The notes under the pieces were generated by a model. It did no database searches and was not told where the DNA came from. It saw only the letters and a list, made by a program, of their open reading frames with translations. Both the position numbers and the translations under genes were made by a program. Positions 15,358 to 27,582 of a stretch of 64,000 nt of DNA are shown here, one piece after another; within the stretch, counting starts at the first letter, position 1; every line of letters starts with the position of its first letter. The DNA is taken from positions 64,604,001 through 64,668,000 of the forward strand of contig OZ024740.1 in assembly GCA_964016885.1 (NCBI GenBank), given 5' to 3'. The DNA comes from Eledone cirrhosa (Eukaryota).

Positions 15358-15416
<59 letters not shown>

Positions 15417-15655
15417 AGGTGTATGTCTGTGTGTGTGTATATGTGTATGTGTGTATATACATTTATATTTTATATTGTATGTGTATGTATATATATATAT
15501 ATATGTGTGTGTATATATATATATATATATTTATACATATATATGTGTGTGTATGTGTGTGTGTGTATATGTATATATATACATGTGTGTGTATATATGT
15601 ATCTATGTGTGTATGTGTGTATGTATGTGTATGTGTATATGTGTATATATGTATA

Positions 15656-15724
<69 letters not shown>

Positions 15725-15747
15725 ATATATGTATGTATATGTGTATG

Positions 15748-15792
<45 letters not shown>

Positions 15793-15810
15793 GTGTATGT
15801 GGGTGTATCT
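15048..15810. repeat. Compound (TA)n/(TG)n microsatellite
   Basis: Direct reading. Confidence 0.97.
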
Positions 15811-16268
15811 ATGGGTGCGCGCGAGTGTGTGAGTGAGTGTGTTTTGTGAATGTGTCTGTTGATTTTGGCATATAGTTGAATAGTTTAAGAGAAATTTGAG
15901 GACAATTGTAAGATCTGCACTCAATATTTTGAATTTGTCTACAGAATTCTAAACCTTTGTCACTTAGTAAAGAATTAGCTTTTAAAGAATCTCCCTTTTC
16001 TTTAAATCTATCTACCATGACTGACCCCCACTGATTTTATAGACACCTGTTAGCTCAAGAGAAACTTAATAAGGATTGGCATGCCATCCTGAACCTGTTT
16101 ATAGAATTCTTTCTGCCTTTGTTACTCTAAAAATAAAAATAAACTATAGCTTTGTAGAATTAGCTTTTAATGAATTCTATCAACCAATGACCTACACCCA
16201 TCCCACTCCCCCACCCTCTTTTACCACTTGCAGAGACCTATATATACGATACTTATTTTTTGATACCC

Positions 16269-16319
16269 AGATTCCTGATGATTTCTAATGAATGAAACAG
16301 TTCTAGTCCTGTAGAATCT
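16269..16319 (+). ncRNA. Type I hammerhead H3 (second copy on minus strand at 48926-48976)
   Basis: AGATTC-CTGATGA-TTTCtaatGAAT-GAAA-CAGttctagtcCTG-TA-GAATCT, inside a dispersed repeat (15810-16350 / 48895-49275). Confidence 0.88.
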
Positions 16320-16346
16320 CATCTATATTAAAACTTTTATACTCTG

Positions 16347-16387
<41 letters not shown>

Positions 16388-16390
<3 letters not shown>

Positions 16391-16480
16391 CACAGAGTGT
16401 GTGGTAAGATACCAGGTGGACCATAACGCACCAGAGTACTCAATACGTAGGGTAGTAGAGTGGGTAATAGGATCAGCTAG
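16388..16480 (+). repeat. Short TA-adjacent repeat; copy at 56103-56190
   Basis: TGTGGTAAG..ACCAGGTGGACCATAACGCACCA.AGTACTCAATAC.TAGGGTAGTAGAGTGGGTAATAGGA directly after (TA)n in both copies. Confidence 0.85.
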
Positions 16481-16499
16481 ATCCGAACTGGGTTAGCTC

Positions 16500-17040
16500 C
16501 GAAATAAGATTGCAATGTATGGCACCCTGCTTCCGAATGCCAAAAGAAGGATTGTACTTGGCTGGGCGTTGTTTTGAAAAGTGTTTTGCATCATTAGAAG
16601 TCCCACGTTAACAATCGAAACAAAGAGAACGTTTTGTAATGAATGTGTATGATGAAAGTTTAAAATGGGCACTCATCACCGGCATTGCAGAGACACTTCT
16701 AGTGGCCCAACGTAAAATAGATCGAATTATGCTCGGCATCACCTTACGTGACAGGAAGATCAACACCTGTATTCAACAGCAAACTGGAGTCAAGTACATA
16801 ATTGAGACTTTCAAGAATGGCAAACAGAGATGGGCTGGCCAAGTATCCCAATTGAGAGACAACAGGTAGACTATTAGAACGAGTAGACACGCAGGCAGGG
16901 CAGATAAATTAGAAGGTAGCTAAAGGCAAGATGGGGTGACGATCTAACCCGATACCTCGGCCGCACATGGTCAAGTATAGCCATACATAAGAAGGAGGAG
17001 ATGTCAGCAGGGAAAGGGTTCGTTCAACAGAGTGAAAAGG
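16500..17040 (+). mobile_element. Degenerate RTE-clade LINE 3' fragment
   Basis: LLVAQRKIDRIMLGITLRDRKINTCIQQQTGVKYIIE..RWAGQVSQLRDNR resembles the post-RT region of RTE elements. Confidence 0.75.
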
Positions 17041-17527
17041 TCCTGGAATTACATATGGAACATTTCAAACAATAGAACGAGATGTTTAATGTACACTTGT
17101 AAAATATAAATACGTGTTTTTTTTAAAGCAATGTCTGTTATTTCCTAAATATAATTCCACTTTCCATATTGATCGACATTTATAGACAGTATTCAAAGTA
17201 ACTAATAATGTCTGCCAAATAAATAATGGTTTCAAACCTATATTTAATTATCTACCAGCAACGTTCTTATTTATTTCACTTTCAGCTATAACTAAATAAA
17301 TTTCAATAACTTTTATTTTCAATTTGTCAGTTTTCTCATTTTTCGATAATTTAAAATAATGTCCCGTGGCCTTAAAAGTTGTCATTTGCGGTTTTATGGC
17401 TATGATCTACTATACACACAGAATACATTATACTAATGCATAAAAAGACTAAGGCATATGTAAAAGAATGAAGAAAGTAACAAAATAAAAAAACTAAAAG
17501 TACATATAATATGAAAGCAATCATACA

Positions 17528-17712
17528 ATTGTTTCTACTTTTGGCACAAGGCCAGCAATTACCCAGTGCATTACTGGTATTTTATTTTATCGACCCCGTA
17601 AGGATGTAAAGCAAAGTTAACCTCGGCGGGATTTGAACTCAGAATGGCAAGGGCCGTAACTCTGCATCAAAGAATGGCGTCCGACCCTCGACCGATACTG
17701 CCAATCCACCGC
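17528..17712 (-). mobile_element. Same tRNA-SINE family
   Basis: Reverse complement matches the 6777-6956 copy. Confidence 0.85.
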
Positions 17713-18110
17713 AAACATATAATGTTACATAGTAATGTAAAACGTGATAAATAATCAATAATATAACATAGAGCAATATAGTATACGTACAACTACATAT
17801 GTGGCACATTGTATGTGGATGCATTTTAATGTGTAAAGGTGTAAAGTGTGATTTACAATGTTATCAATTAAGTTTTATATATTATATACATTATGATATA
17901 TATATATATATATTTCCTTGGAGATACGAAATATCTATACATATTGTAAAAAGCTATGCTTGAAGCGAAATCCTATTTCTTTTTTATTATAAGTTGAGCC
18001 AACTTATGCAGCTTCATATGCAAATGAGATTAATCACCTCATTTACACAGACGAGAAAAGTATATTTTCTCGCCTGTCTTCTAGTCCAGTAGTCGCAAGC
18101 GGTGGGAGGG

Positions 18111-18154
18111 ACCGTCCTGACGAAGGCCAGTTAAGCCTGAAATGCATAGACGGT
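18111..18154 (+). ncRNA. Minimal type I hammerhead H4 (minus copy 19779-19822; deleted copy ~20077-20107)
   Basis: ACCGTC-CTGACGA-AGGCcagttaaGCCT-GAAA-TGCA-TA-GACGGT. Palindromic stem III. Lies in a ~329-bp repeat unit (17915-18310, 19625-20320). Confidence 0.9.
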
Positions 18155-18305
18155 TGTCCCCCTTGCTTCTGCTGGACATCACCAGAGGGCGTTAGCCCCC
18201 CCCCCCCGGTGGTTGCATAGCTACGGCTTCCTAAAACACTATCTCCTTGGAATTACGAAATGTTTATACATATTGTATACGCTATGCTTGAAGCGAAATC
18301 CTATT

Positions 18306-18348
<43 letters not shown>

Positions 18349-18384
18349 GATATATATACATTATGACATATATGTATATATATG

Positions 18385-18448
<64 letters not shown>

Positions 18449-18508
18449 GATATATATACATTATGACATATATGTATATATATGCTTATATATATATGTA
18501 TATATATG

Positions 18509-18544
<36 letters not shown>

Positions 18545-18576
18545 GATATATATATATACATATATACATTATGACA

Positions 18577-18611
<35 letters not shown>

Positions 18612-18613
<2 letters not shown>

Positions 18614-19607
18614 ACTGAACAAAAAAGTAAAACGAACACAGAGATATGCATGTATGCGTTCAAATCGTAATGGACCAGAAACGCTAAGGTGAAAAAAATA
18701 CTAACAAGACAATAGGGTTTGCTAGACTCAATTTAAGAATAAATCAAGAAAAATAAATACAAACCAGTATTGTGGTAACTACCATTCACCCGGACAGTTT
18801 TTGATGGAACCGTTTCGCAATATTATTTGCGAAGAGGTATATCAAATTCTTGGCTCATCAGCGGGTGAAGAATTAGTTTCCTGATCACTTCTAAATAAAA
18901 TAAAGAACTGGATAGTGTGTGTATATGTAGTGCACATGGTTTCCAAACTTAGCGCGTCGCGCAGACTCACGTCACTAAAAATAGAGGCCGGCTCTACACG
19001 ACAATTGAAATAGCTCTACGAATTAACGGAGCCGAATGTACTGTAATGAGACTATTTTGAGTTTCTAACTCAATACATGCTTTTGATATATTAGGCTCCG
19101 TTAATTCGTAGAGCTATTTCAATTGTCGTGTAGACTCGGCCTCTATCTTTAGTGACGTGAGTCTGCGCGACGCGCTAAGTTTGGAAACCATGTGCGTTAC
19201 ATATACACACACTATCCAGTTCTTTATTTTATTTAGAAGTGATCAGGAAACTAATTCTTCACCCGCTGATGAGCCAAGAATTTGATATACCCCTTCGCAA
19301 ATAATATTGCGAAACGGTTCCATCAAAAAACGTCCGGGTGAATGGTAGTTACCACAATACTGGTTTGTATTTATTTTTCTTGATTTATTCTTAAATTGAG
19401 TCTAACAAACCCTATTGATTTGTTAGTATTTTTTTTCACCTTAGAGTTACTGGTCCATTACAATTTGAACGCATACATGCATATATCTGTGATCATTTTA
19501 CTTTTTTGTTCAGTTATACTATATGGATCGGAAAAACCTTTTTCCTAGAGCTAATTTTACTGTAATGAGACTATTTTGAGTATCTAACTCAATACATGCT
19601 TTTGATA
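18612..19607. repeat. Fold-back element H5: ~420-bp inverted arms; plus copy is a 519-bp unit plus ~50-nt redundancy
   Basis: 18612-19034 is the reverse complement of 19094-19517. The central spacer (from 19039) recurs at 19558-19607. Confidence 0.9.
18785..18869 (-). ncRNA. Type I hammerhead H5 (plus copy 19258-19342; mutated relative 22672-22754, minus)
   Basis: TTCACCCG-CTGATGA-GC..GC-GAAA-CGGTTccatcaaaAACTG-TC-CGGGTGAA with a perfect 8-bp stem I. Confidence 0.88.
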
Positions 19608-20524
19608 TATATATATATATATATGAAATAAGATTGTGCTTCAAGCATAGCTTTATACAATATGTATAAAAATTTCGTATTTTTAAAGAAATACGGTTTT
19701 AGGAAGCCGTGGCTATGTAAACACTGGGGAGAGAGGGCTAACGCCCTCTGGTGATGTCCAGCAGAAGCAATGGGCACAACCGTCTATGCATTTCAGGTTT
19801 GACTGGCCTTCGTCAGGACGATTCTCCTCCCCGCTTGCGACTGCTGGACTTGAAAGCAGCCGAGAATATATAGTTTTCTCGTCTGGTCAAATGACGTAAT
19901 TAATCTCATTTGCATATGAAGCTGCATTAGTTGGCTCAACTTATAATAGAAAAGAATAAGATTTCGCTTCAAGCATAGCTTTATACAATATGTATAGAAA
20001 GTTCGTACTTCTAAAGAAATACGGCTTTAGGAAGCCGTTGCTATGTAAGCACCGGGGGCTAACGTCCTCTGGCAGTGTCCTGACGAAGGCCAGTCAAGCA
20101 TAGACGGTTGTCTCCCTAACTTTTGCTGGACACCACCAGAGGTCGTTAGCCCTCCGGTGATTACATAGCTACGGCTTCCTAAAACTGTATTTCTTTAGAA
20201 ATACGAAATTTCTATACGTATTGTATAAAGCTATGCTTGAAGCGAAATCTTATTTCTTTTCTATTATAAGTTGAGCCAACTTATGCAGCGTCATAAGAAA
20301 ATGAGATTAATCACCTTATTTGCGAAAGCCAGATGGTTTTTTATATAGTGTCAAATCTCTTTCGTTACACATTCTGAAATTTCTAATAAATTGAAGTGAA
20401 AACGGGAGGTGCGTGTGTTTTTATTGGCAGCATGACCCTCCCAAAGTATAACAATATCTGTTTCAACACATGTTTTCAGATAAGACATCTTGCAAAACAA
20501 ATTCAAAAACGAAGTACGCCCCCC

Positions 20525-20630
<106 letters not shown>

Positions 20631-22255
20631 ATACATAAGGGAAATTATCTAAATTGATAATCTGTATAAGGAATTAAATATCACCAACTTTTAACGATGA
20701 ATACACTATTTTAATACCTTTTGTAGAGAAATCATCAGAATTAATTACATATAACATAGTAAACGTCGTACGCCACCATCAGAGAAGCGATTGAAAATGT
20801 AAGCATAGTTTATCGTTAAAGTTATAGACAGTTAGAAATGGAGGAATTATTTTAACAGTAGTTATACCAGTAGTTAGTCTGACAGGTATCTTTAGCAATC
20901 ATGTTCTGATTGGAATATACTATATGATTGTAGTCACTGCATATACAATACTATTTATTCACTGAAGTTTCAGTCGAAGTTAATTTTACTAAACAGTATT
21001 ATAAGTAATAATATTATAAAACAATCTGGAATCCCGTATTGGCTAACATAATCTCCAGGTTATCAGAATTAATTTCAGGTTACGTATATGTACTAGTTTA
21101 TTTTCCTAGGTACATATAGCCCCAAATAACCCATATATGCACATGTAGCAGCACCATTATACACTAATATACACATATATACATATACATACATGCATAT
21201 CCCTATATATATATACACACGTCGACGATATTCCATATAAGTACGTAGATATACATATATACAAACATATACACACATACAGATACCACCATATATAACC
21301 CTCACGGACGCCCATATATATATATATAATCAATTCAAGTATGTGTTGGTTAATCACCGACACTTCAGTATGCAGGGTAGAACTCTCGACGAAGTGCGCA
21401 GGTGGGTCGGTTTACTCCGGAATATATTAAAAATCAAGAGGTGCAAGTCAACAGGTTAAATTTAAATTCGTTTATCCATATTTGCTGTTATATATATTTC
21501 AGTGATAAGTATTATGCAACAGCTATGACCTCATCAGGCAGCTATAACTTGGACAGAAAAAAAACAGAAAAGCATAATGGTGGAACAAAGTTTACCACTA
21601 TTATTTCGGTTCTAGAACACGAATAGTTAAGAAATCACAAGTACAATCCATTAATGGAACAGCAAAAACATGTAAAACATTCCAAAAATTCTGCATTGAA
21701 TAACTGCATATACATCTGTACAGATACTAAGCATATGCACGTGCACACATATAACTCAAAACATCCATAGCCACACATACATTAGCATCGATACCTGCAC
21801 GCACATGCAGACATGCATACATATCTCCCTAGATGATGTTATTTAAATACCAACGAGAGAGTCTTGTAACTATGTTAGAAACCGACTCTTTCTCTCCATT
21901 GGTAAAAATTAATAAAATTATAAAACCAGAAGAACATACATACATAACACATACATATACATACATAACACATACATATACATACATACATGAACATGTA
22001 TGCTGCACACTAAATTAAATTATATCTACACATCAATAGTGCAAAATTAAATATAGGAAATAAAAGGAATAACTAAATGTGATAAAAACGAATGGAGTTC
22101 TCTAATGAACATCTATTCATGTCGATCTAATAAGATTGTGATATTGACAACATAAAATTTTAAATATCAGTTGTAAACAATATTGGAATATAGCTTTCAC
22201 CTGAGCTTTTCTCAAGCCATTTCCTATTTTCGACAGATTTATATATATATATATA

Positions 22256-22316
<61 letters not shown>

Positions 22317-22396
22317 CACCCCACTCTCCAGAGCGTGAAATTAATAAACATTCGTTGTACTGCCTCTCTGTTTTGTTCCTGTTCAAATTTTTCCAT

Positions 22397-22424
<28 letters not shown>

Positions 22425-22428
<4 letters not shown>

Positions 22429-23016
22429 GTTAAAAACTCAGCGTAGTCTCTTACAATTAAATAGTTCTAAGAAAAAAGCTTTTCCGAGCCGTATAATATA
22501 ATTGAATAAACAAGAGAGATGAACACTAATATAAACATACATGTGTTCGAATCGTAAAGACTAGGTTTGCTAGGGTGAAAAAATACTAACTACAGCAATA
22601 TGGTTTGTTAGACTTAATTTTAAGTAGTAGATCAAGAAAAATAACAGACCTATATCGGGCAATTACCTGGTAACAACTAGGCAGTATTGGAAACTGTTCC
22701 GCAACATCTTATTAAGCGAAGTGAACACTGTTTCTCTGCTCATCAGTAGTTGTTGAAAAATTAGCGATCCTTCCACTTCTAAAAATATTAGAGGACTGAA
22801 TTGTGTACGATATGAATTAGTGCACGTGTTTTCGGAACCCAGCTTGTCTCGAAATCCTACGGCGCTAAAAATAACAGGTCTGTTATTTTTCTTGATTTAC
22901 TACTTAAAAGTAAGTCTGACAAACCTGTAGTTAGTATTTTTTCACCCTAGCAAACCTACTCCTTACGATTCGAACGCATGTATGTTTATATTAGTGTTCA
23001 TCTTTCTTGTTTATAC

Positions 23017-23020
<4 letters not shown>
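22425..23020. repeat. H5-related element with partial inverted duplication
   Basis: 22500-22650 recurs inverted at 22878-23020; homologous to 18612-19607. Confidence 0.8.
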
Positions 23021-23063
<43 letters not shown>

Positions 23064-23272
23064 AAACCTACACACATACACAAACACCACCTTCAGCCTT
23101 CCCCGCTTCCATCTCCCGCCTCTCTCTCCCAATTCCACCCGCCACCACACTGACACGCCTCACACCCTTCCACCACTTGTTCATTTTATTGTTTATTTTT
23201 ATGTTTATTTTTTATGTTTATTTTTACTTGTTCTCCTTCCCCCTTTTCTCTAAATGTCTTTCCACCCATCTC

Positions 23273-23299
23273 CTGAAGAAGGGATATGCCCGAAACGTC
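23273..23299 (+). ncRNA. Minimal hammerhead core H7 lacking stem I
   Basis: CTGAAGA-AGGGatatGCCC-GAAA-CG-TC with AATAAA ~30 nt downstream. The flanks do not pair. Confidence 0.5.
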
Positions 23300-23460
23300 C
23301 CCACCCCCACTCTCAAGAGCGTGAACCTAATAAACCTTTATTTGTCTTACTCTCTATTTTTGTTCCCGTTCAAATTTTCACTATATATATATGACCAAAA
23401 GTTAAACAAGACTGGAATTGAACCATCAGCACAGTTGAGGTATGTCATCCATCAATTTAT

Positions 23461-23528
23461 ATATTTTATCTGATGAGGACGTACTGAAAAAACAGCACAG
23501 TACCTCTGAAATATATATAATAAAATGT
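23461..23528 (+). ncRNA. Type I hammerhead H8
   Basis: ATATTTTAT-CTGATGA-GGAcGTACTG..CAGTACcTCT-GAAA-TATATA-TA-ATAAAATGT. Confidence 0.85.
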
Positions 23529-24276
23529 ATTTTGATATATTCTGGTACATATGGTTTGGCTATGTGTATACGGGAGTTTTGCGTCTGTGTGTGTATGCAG
23601 GTTCGTACGTATGTAGGGTGTGTGTATATGTGTACTTCATGCTTTGGTTGACTTACGTCTCCGAACATTCGTGTATTACATGTAGGTATGTATGTGCGCT
23701 TGTTATATACGCATTCATTTATTTATATACGTTTATATAATTATTTATTTATTTGTATACACGCATACACACACATATTTATATGTGCGTGATTTTGTAT
23801 ACCTATGGTAAGTGTTTTGCGTATGCTTGTGTATGTATTTATTTATTTCTATTACTTCTGTATTGTATTTATTTACTTTGTTCTTAACTCTGTAGCGGAG
23901 ATTCATTCGGTCTCCTAGTTAGAATTTTAGTCTACGACTTCTGCTATACCATTTACGTGGTTTTGTCTTTGCGTGCTATTGTTCTCCACGCTCCACATAT
24001 GACGTATTATTTTCGTTTTTTTCGTTCATTGCCAGAGAACGTCTCTATGAACCACCTAAGAGAACATTGGTCTACGACCTCTTTTATACCATTAACGTGG
24101 TTCTGTCTTTGCGCGTAATTGTTTTTCACCGCTCCTATTAATGACGTATTATATTCGTTTATTCCCGTTCTTTGTCAGCGAACGTTTCCACGAACCAAAG
24201 TATCGTCTTTCTGTCTTCCTCCGGTTGCAACGTTTTTTGAAATATCCACTTCTGCGTTTACAGATTGACTTTGTTT

Positions 24277-24327
24277 AGTTTCAGAAGATCCGGTTAAGGG
24301 TGAAAGCAGCGATTCTTTGCTTAAACT
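24277..24327 (+). ncRNA. Degenerate hammerhead H9 (CAGAAGA core)
   Basis: AGTTT-CAGAAGA-TCC..GGGT-GAAA-GCA..TGC-TT-AAACT, then AATAAA and (TA)n. An identical 3' half occurs at 52499-52541. Confidence 0.6.
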
Positions 24328-24351
24328 TTAATCTGTTATTTTAATAAAAAT

Positions 24352-24383
<32 letters not shown>

Positions 24384-24483
24384 TGAAATTTCCGTTGGAA
24401 ACAGAAAAGGTCATAGAAATGAAGAGTGCTCTATGTAAGTATCAGAGCAAAATTTAATGTATAAAAATCAGTACAATATAATT

Positions 24484-24555
24484 ACCTCATTACCAGAGGT
24501 TTCCCGAATGAGGCGAATACGAAATAAACGTCTTCATTCGTTCGTCAGACGAGGC
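24484..24555 (-). ncRNA. Type I hammerhead H10 (core-mutated copies at 34086-34150 minus and 34154-34226 plus)
   Basis: GCCTCGT-CTGACGA-aCGAATGA..TCATTCGg-GAAA-CCtctGG-TA-ATGAGGT. Confidence 0.85.
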
Positions 24556-25320
24556 AATATAAAACATGGGTAAATACTTAGAAAAAATCATCAAGAAAAT
24601 CAAAAAAAGATATAGACAAATGAAATAGAAATTGAAATATATAAAAATCTATCAAGAAATATAGTTAGGTGTGTGTATATGTATGTATATACGCTCACAG
24701 ATGTGCATATATATGTATATGCACACATGTATACGTATAGTGAAAAAGTGTGCGTAATTCTAAAATTTAGGGCAAATGTATCTGAATGTCTGTAATCTAC
24801 AGACAGAATAGTTACATCATAAATATATGAATATGAAGGCGCGCGCATAAAACGCGTGCACACTCGTACACTTAGATGCGGAAGTAAAAGAGGTAAGGAA
24901 GTGTAATAATTAAAGGAAAGTATCAATCTCGATATATTTATAAATGTAACAATAAATTAGAAAGAACAAATTTTAGAAAGAAAAAAATAAAGAAAAGAAG
25001 ACAAAAAAAGGGTACATACATACACAGACACGCATGTCTCACAAAAGAAACGCAAAATTATATATGCTTATATACACACGCGCACTTACACATCCATACG
25101 TTCGATACGTACATACACACACACACACACACACATACTTACACTCACGCATATGAACCTGTTTGCATGCACACGCATAAAACTGAGTAAGTAAAAAAAG
25201 GAAAGGGGGGGGGGAGAAGAAAAAAGGAACAAAACATAAAACCGAGATGTCAAAAACACGGATATAAAGACACATACACATACGCATAATATATACATAC
25301 ACACACACACACATACATAT

Positions 25321-25377
<57 letters not shown>

Positions 25378-25796
25378 CACGCACGCGCGCACACATACGT
25401 AGTCACTCATGTACATATATAACAGTATACACACATTAAGGCGTTCAGCCATATTGATACAGGGTGTAAAAAACTTGTGGATAAATAAGTACAAATATAA
25501 AATTGTAAGATTGGCTGCGCAAAAATAAAAAAATAAAAATAAAAATGAAAAATATATCTGGATTGAAAAACACAAAATACATGTGTAATCAGTTAGTGGA
25601 GGAAAAAGGGAAGTAAAAGAAGGGGAAGTAAAAAATGGAAAGTGAATCGGAGAATAAGGGGGGGGGGGGGTGAAGTAAAAATAAAAATAAAAATAAAAAT
25701 AAAAATAAAAATAAAAATAAAAATAAATGAAATTATTGACAAGGATAAAAATGAAAGTAAGTCAGAAAGGGTAATTAAAAAGAGAATAATAAGAGT

Positions 25797-27091
25797 TTAT
25801 GGAGGATAAGTATCTGAAAGTGTGTTAAGTTTAAATGAGCTGGAAAGCAGGTGTGATTTCATGTGTGGGCAACTGGTGAAAATTTCTGTCTTTGTGTTCA
25901 GGCAGGTCTTTGGTGATTTTAGATTTTGCAATATCCAATATTTTTCATTTATGCAGAGCGTGCATTTTCTTGTTCCTCTAGCATATTTTTAAGATTGGTT
26001 CAAAATTGACCAGTCTAATTTATATTGGATGCCTTGGTCTTTCAAATCCCAAATTCTGCTAGCCAGAGCTGTTGTAAATCTTTTTTCTGGATGTCAAAAG
26101 GATGCGACATGTGAGTAATAACGCGTTTTGAATTTGTCTTGCGTCATACCCACATATCGTTCACTGGTGGCTGGATGGTTGTTGCTGATGGTTGTCACTT
26201 TAGCCGCATATACAATGGCTTTGGTGTTGCATTTACCTTGTAATGGGCATTCACTTTTGATTCTACAGGAGCAAGTTTGATTTTCTCTAGCTGATAATTT
26301 GTTGAGGATATAGGACTTAATAGGGGAACCGCAGGAATAGCTAATTTTAACACAGTTTCTGTTAAAGATCTTATAGTATCTATGTGTTCTAGGGAAATGT
26401 TTATCTAGGAGATCAAGGAATTTTTTGCCTACATTAGTTTTAACTGCTAGAGAGTAGGGGGGTGTGAACCAGATTATTTTTCTTTTCCTATTTTTATGTT
26501 TAATAGAGTTAGTATAGTTAGGTATGTATTTAATCGGTTCGCTAAAACCGCTATTTAGGAGGGCTTTATTATAGTAGGGGGATGCCTTATTAAAAATAGC
26601 TTCTGAGGAAGAGAGGGTGGAGATCCTACGGCTAATATTAGGGATAAGGTTTTTAAAAACTATAGGTGGATGGCAAGATCCTTTATTTATATATTTTAAG
26701 TTTTCATTAGGTTTATGGTATGGTTTATAAGAAGCAGTAGGCACATCTAGGTTTATATCTAGGAAATCTACGTTGGAAAGGTTAGTGTCAATAGTAATTT
26801 TAAGATTAAAACTAGCGAAGGTTTTTATTAAGTCTTTCCTTAATCTATCTAAGTTATGACCTATGGTGGTATGGGAAAGTATTAGACCATCGTCGCGATA
26901 AAGCCCCAAAATATGGTTAGGAAATTTTTCTTTAAGTGTATGTAAGAGGAATAGGCCGACCAGATCACAAACATCGGCACTGTCATAAGAGCCCATTGAG
27001 ACATCGAATGGGTTCTCTGGGTTAGATATTTTTACCCAAGTGTCATTATCATTAAAATTAAAAAGTAGAGTGTTCCTAGCATGCAAGATGA
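25797..27091 (-). pseudogene. Penelope-like element 2 (Naiad-like): 5'-truncated RT + GIY-YIG, two in-frame stops
   Basis: PFDVSMGSYDSADVCDLVGLF, GLYRDDGL, CSCRIKSECPLQGKC, IVY...YVGMT..FKTRY. The frame continues past TGA (26094) and one TAA through CTLCINEK..SCPHM to the stop at 25797. Confidence 0.92.
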
Positions 27092-27093
27092 CA

Positions 27094-27194
<101 letters not shown>

Positions 27195-27346
27195 TTAATA
27201 TGTGTAGAAGTAAACGCAGTAAACCCGTATCTAAAATCTAGGGTAGATTACACCACAAATGTTATATATCATTCAACCTGAATCATATGGGAAGTTACAA
27301 GATTTCTTACAAGATTTCTCATACATACCATATCAATAACCATTTC

Positions 27347-27438
27347 ATCTCCCGGACAGACTAAAGATTTAATCTGTTTCGCCCTGAATGAATCGTGTTT
27401 GTAACAAGTAATCCGTAGGTATTTCGTCAGCGAGAGAT
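27347..27438 (-). ncRNA. Type I hammerhead H11
   Basis: ATCTCTCG-CTGACGA-..-GAAA-CAGATTAAAtcTTTAGTCTG-TC-CGGGAGAT. Stem II is weak. Confidence 0.78.
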
Positions 27439-27582
27439 AAGACTAAATGTTACATAACACCTATAACAATAAACTCACTAAAGTTTACACCTCGTGCGTT
27501 GAAAGTCATATGCGGTGCGAGTGGTTATGCTAGAAATAATAGCCTATTTACACTCATTTTTATAAGCTGAACAGATATATAT

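Noticed and set aside
26094-26096. In-frame TGA in PLE 2 as selenocysteine (some Naiads encode Sec)
   Set aside because: It aligns with Arg in PLE 1 (SFR), consistent with CGA>TGA decay. A TAA follows in frame and I saw no SECIS.
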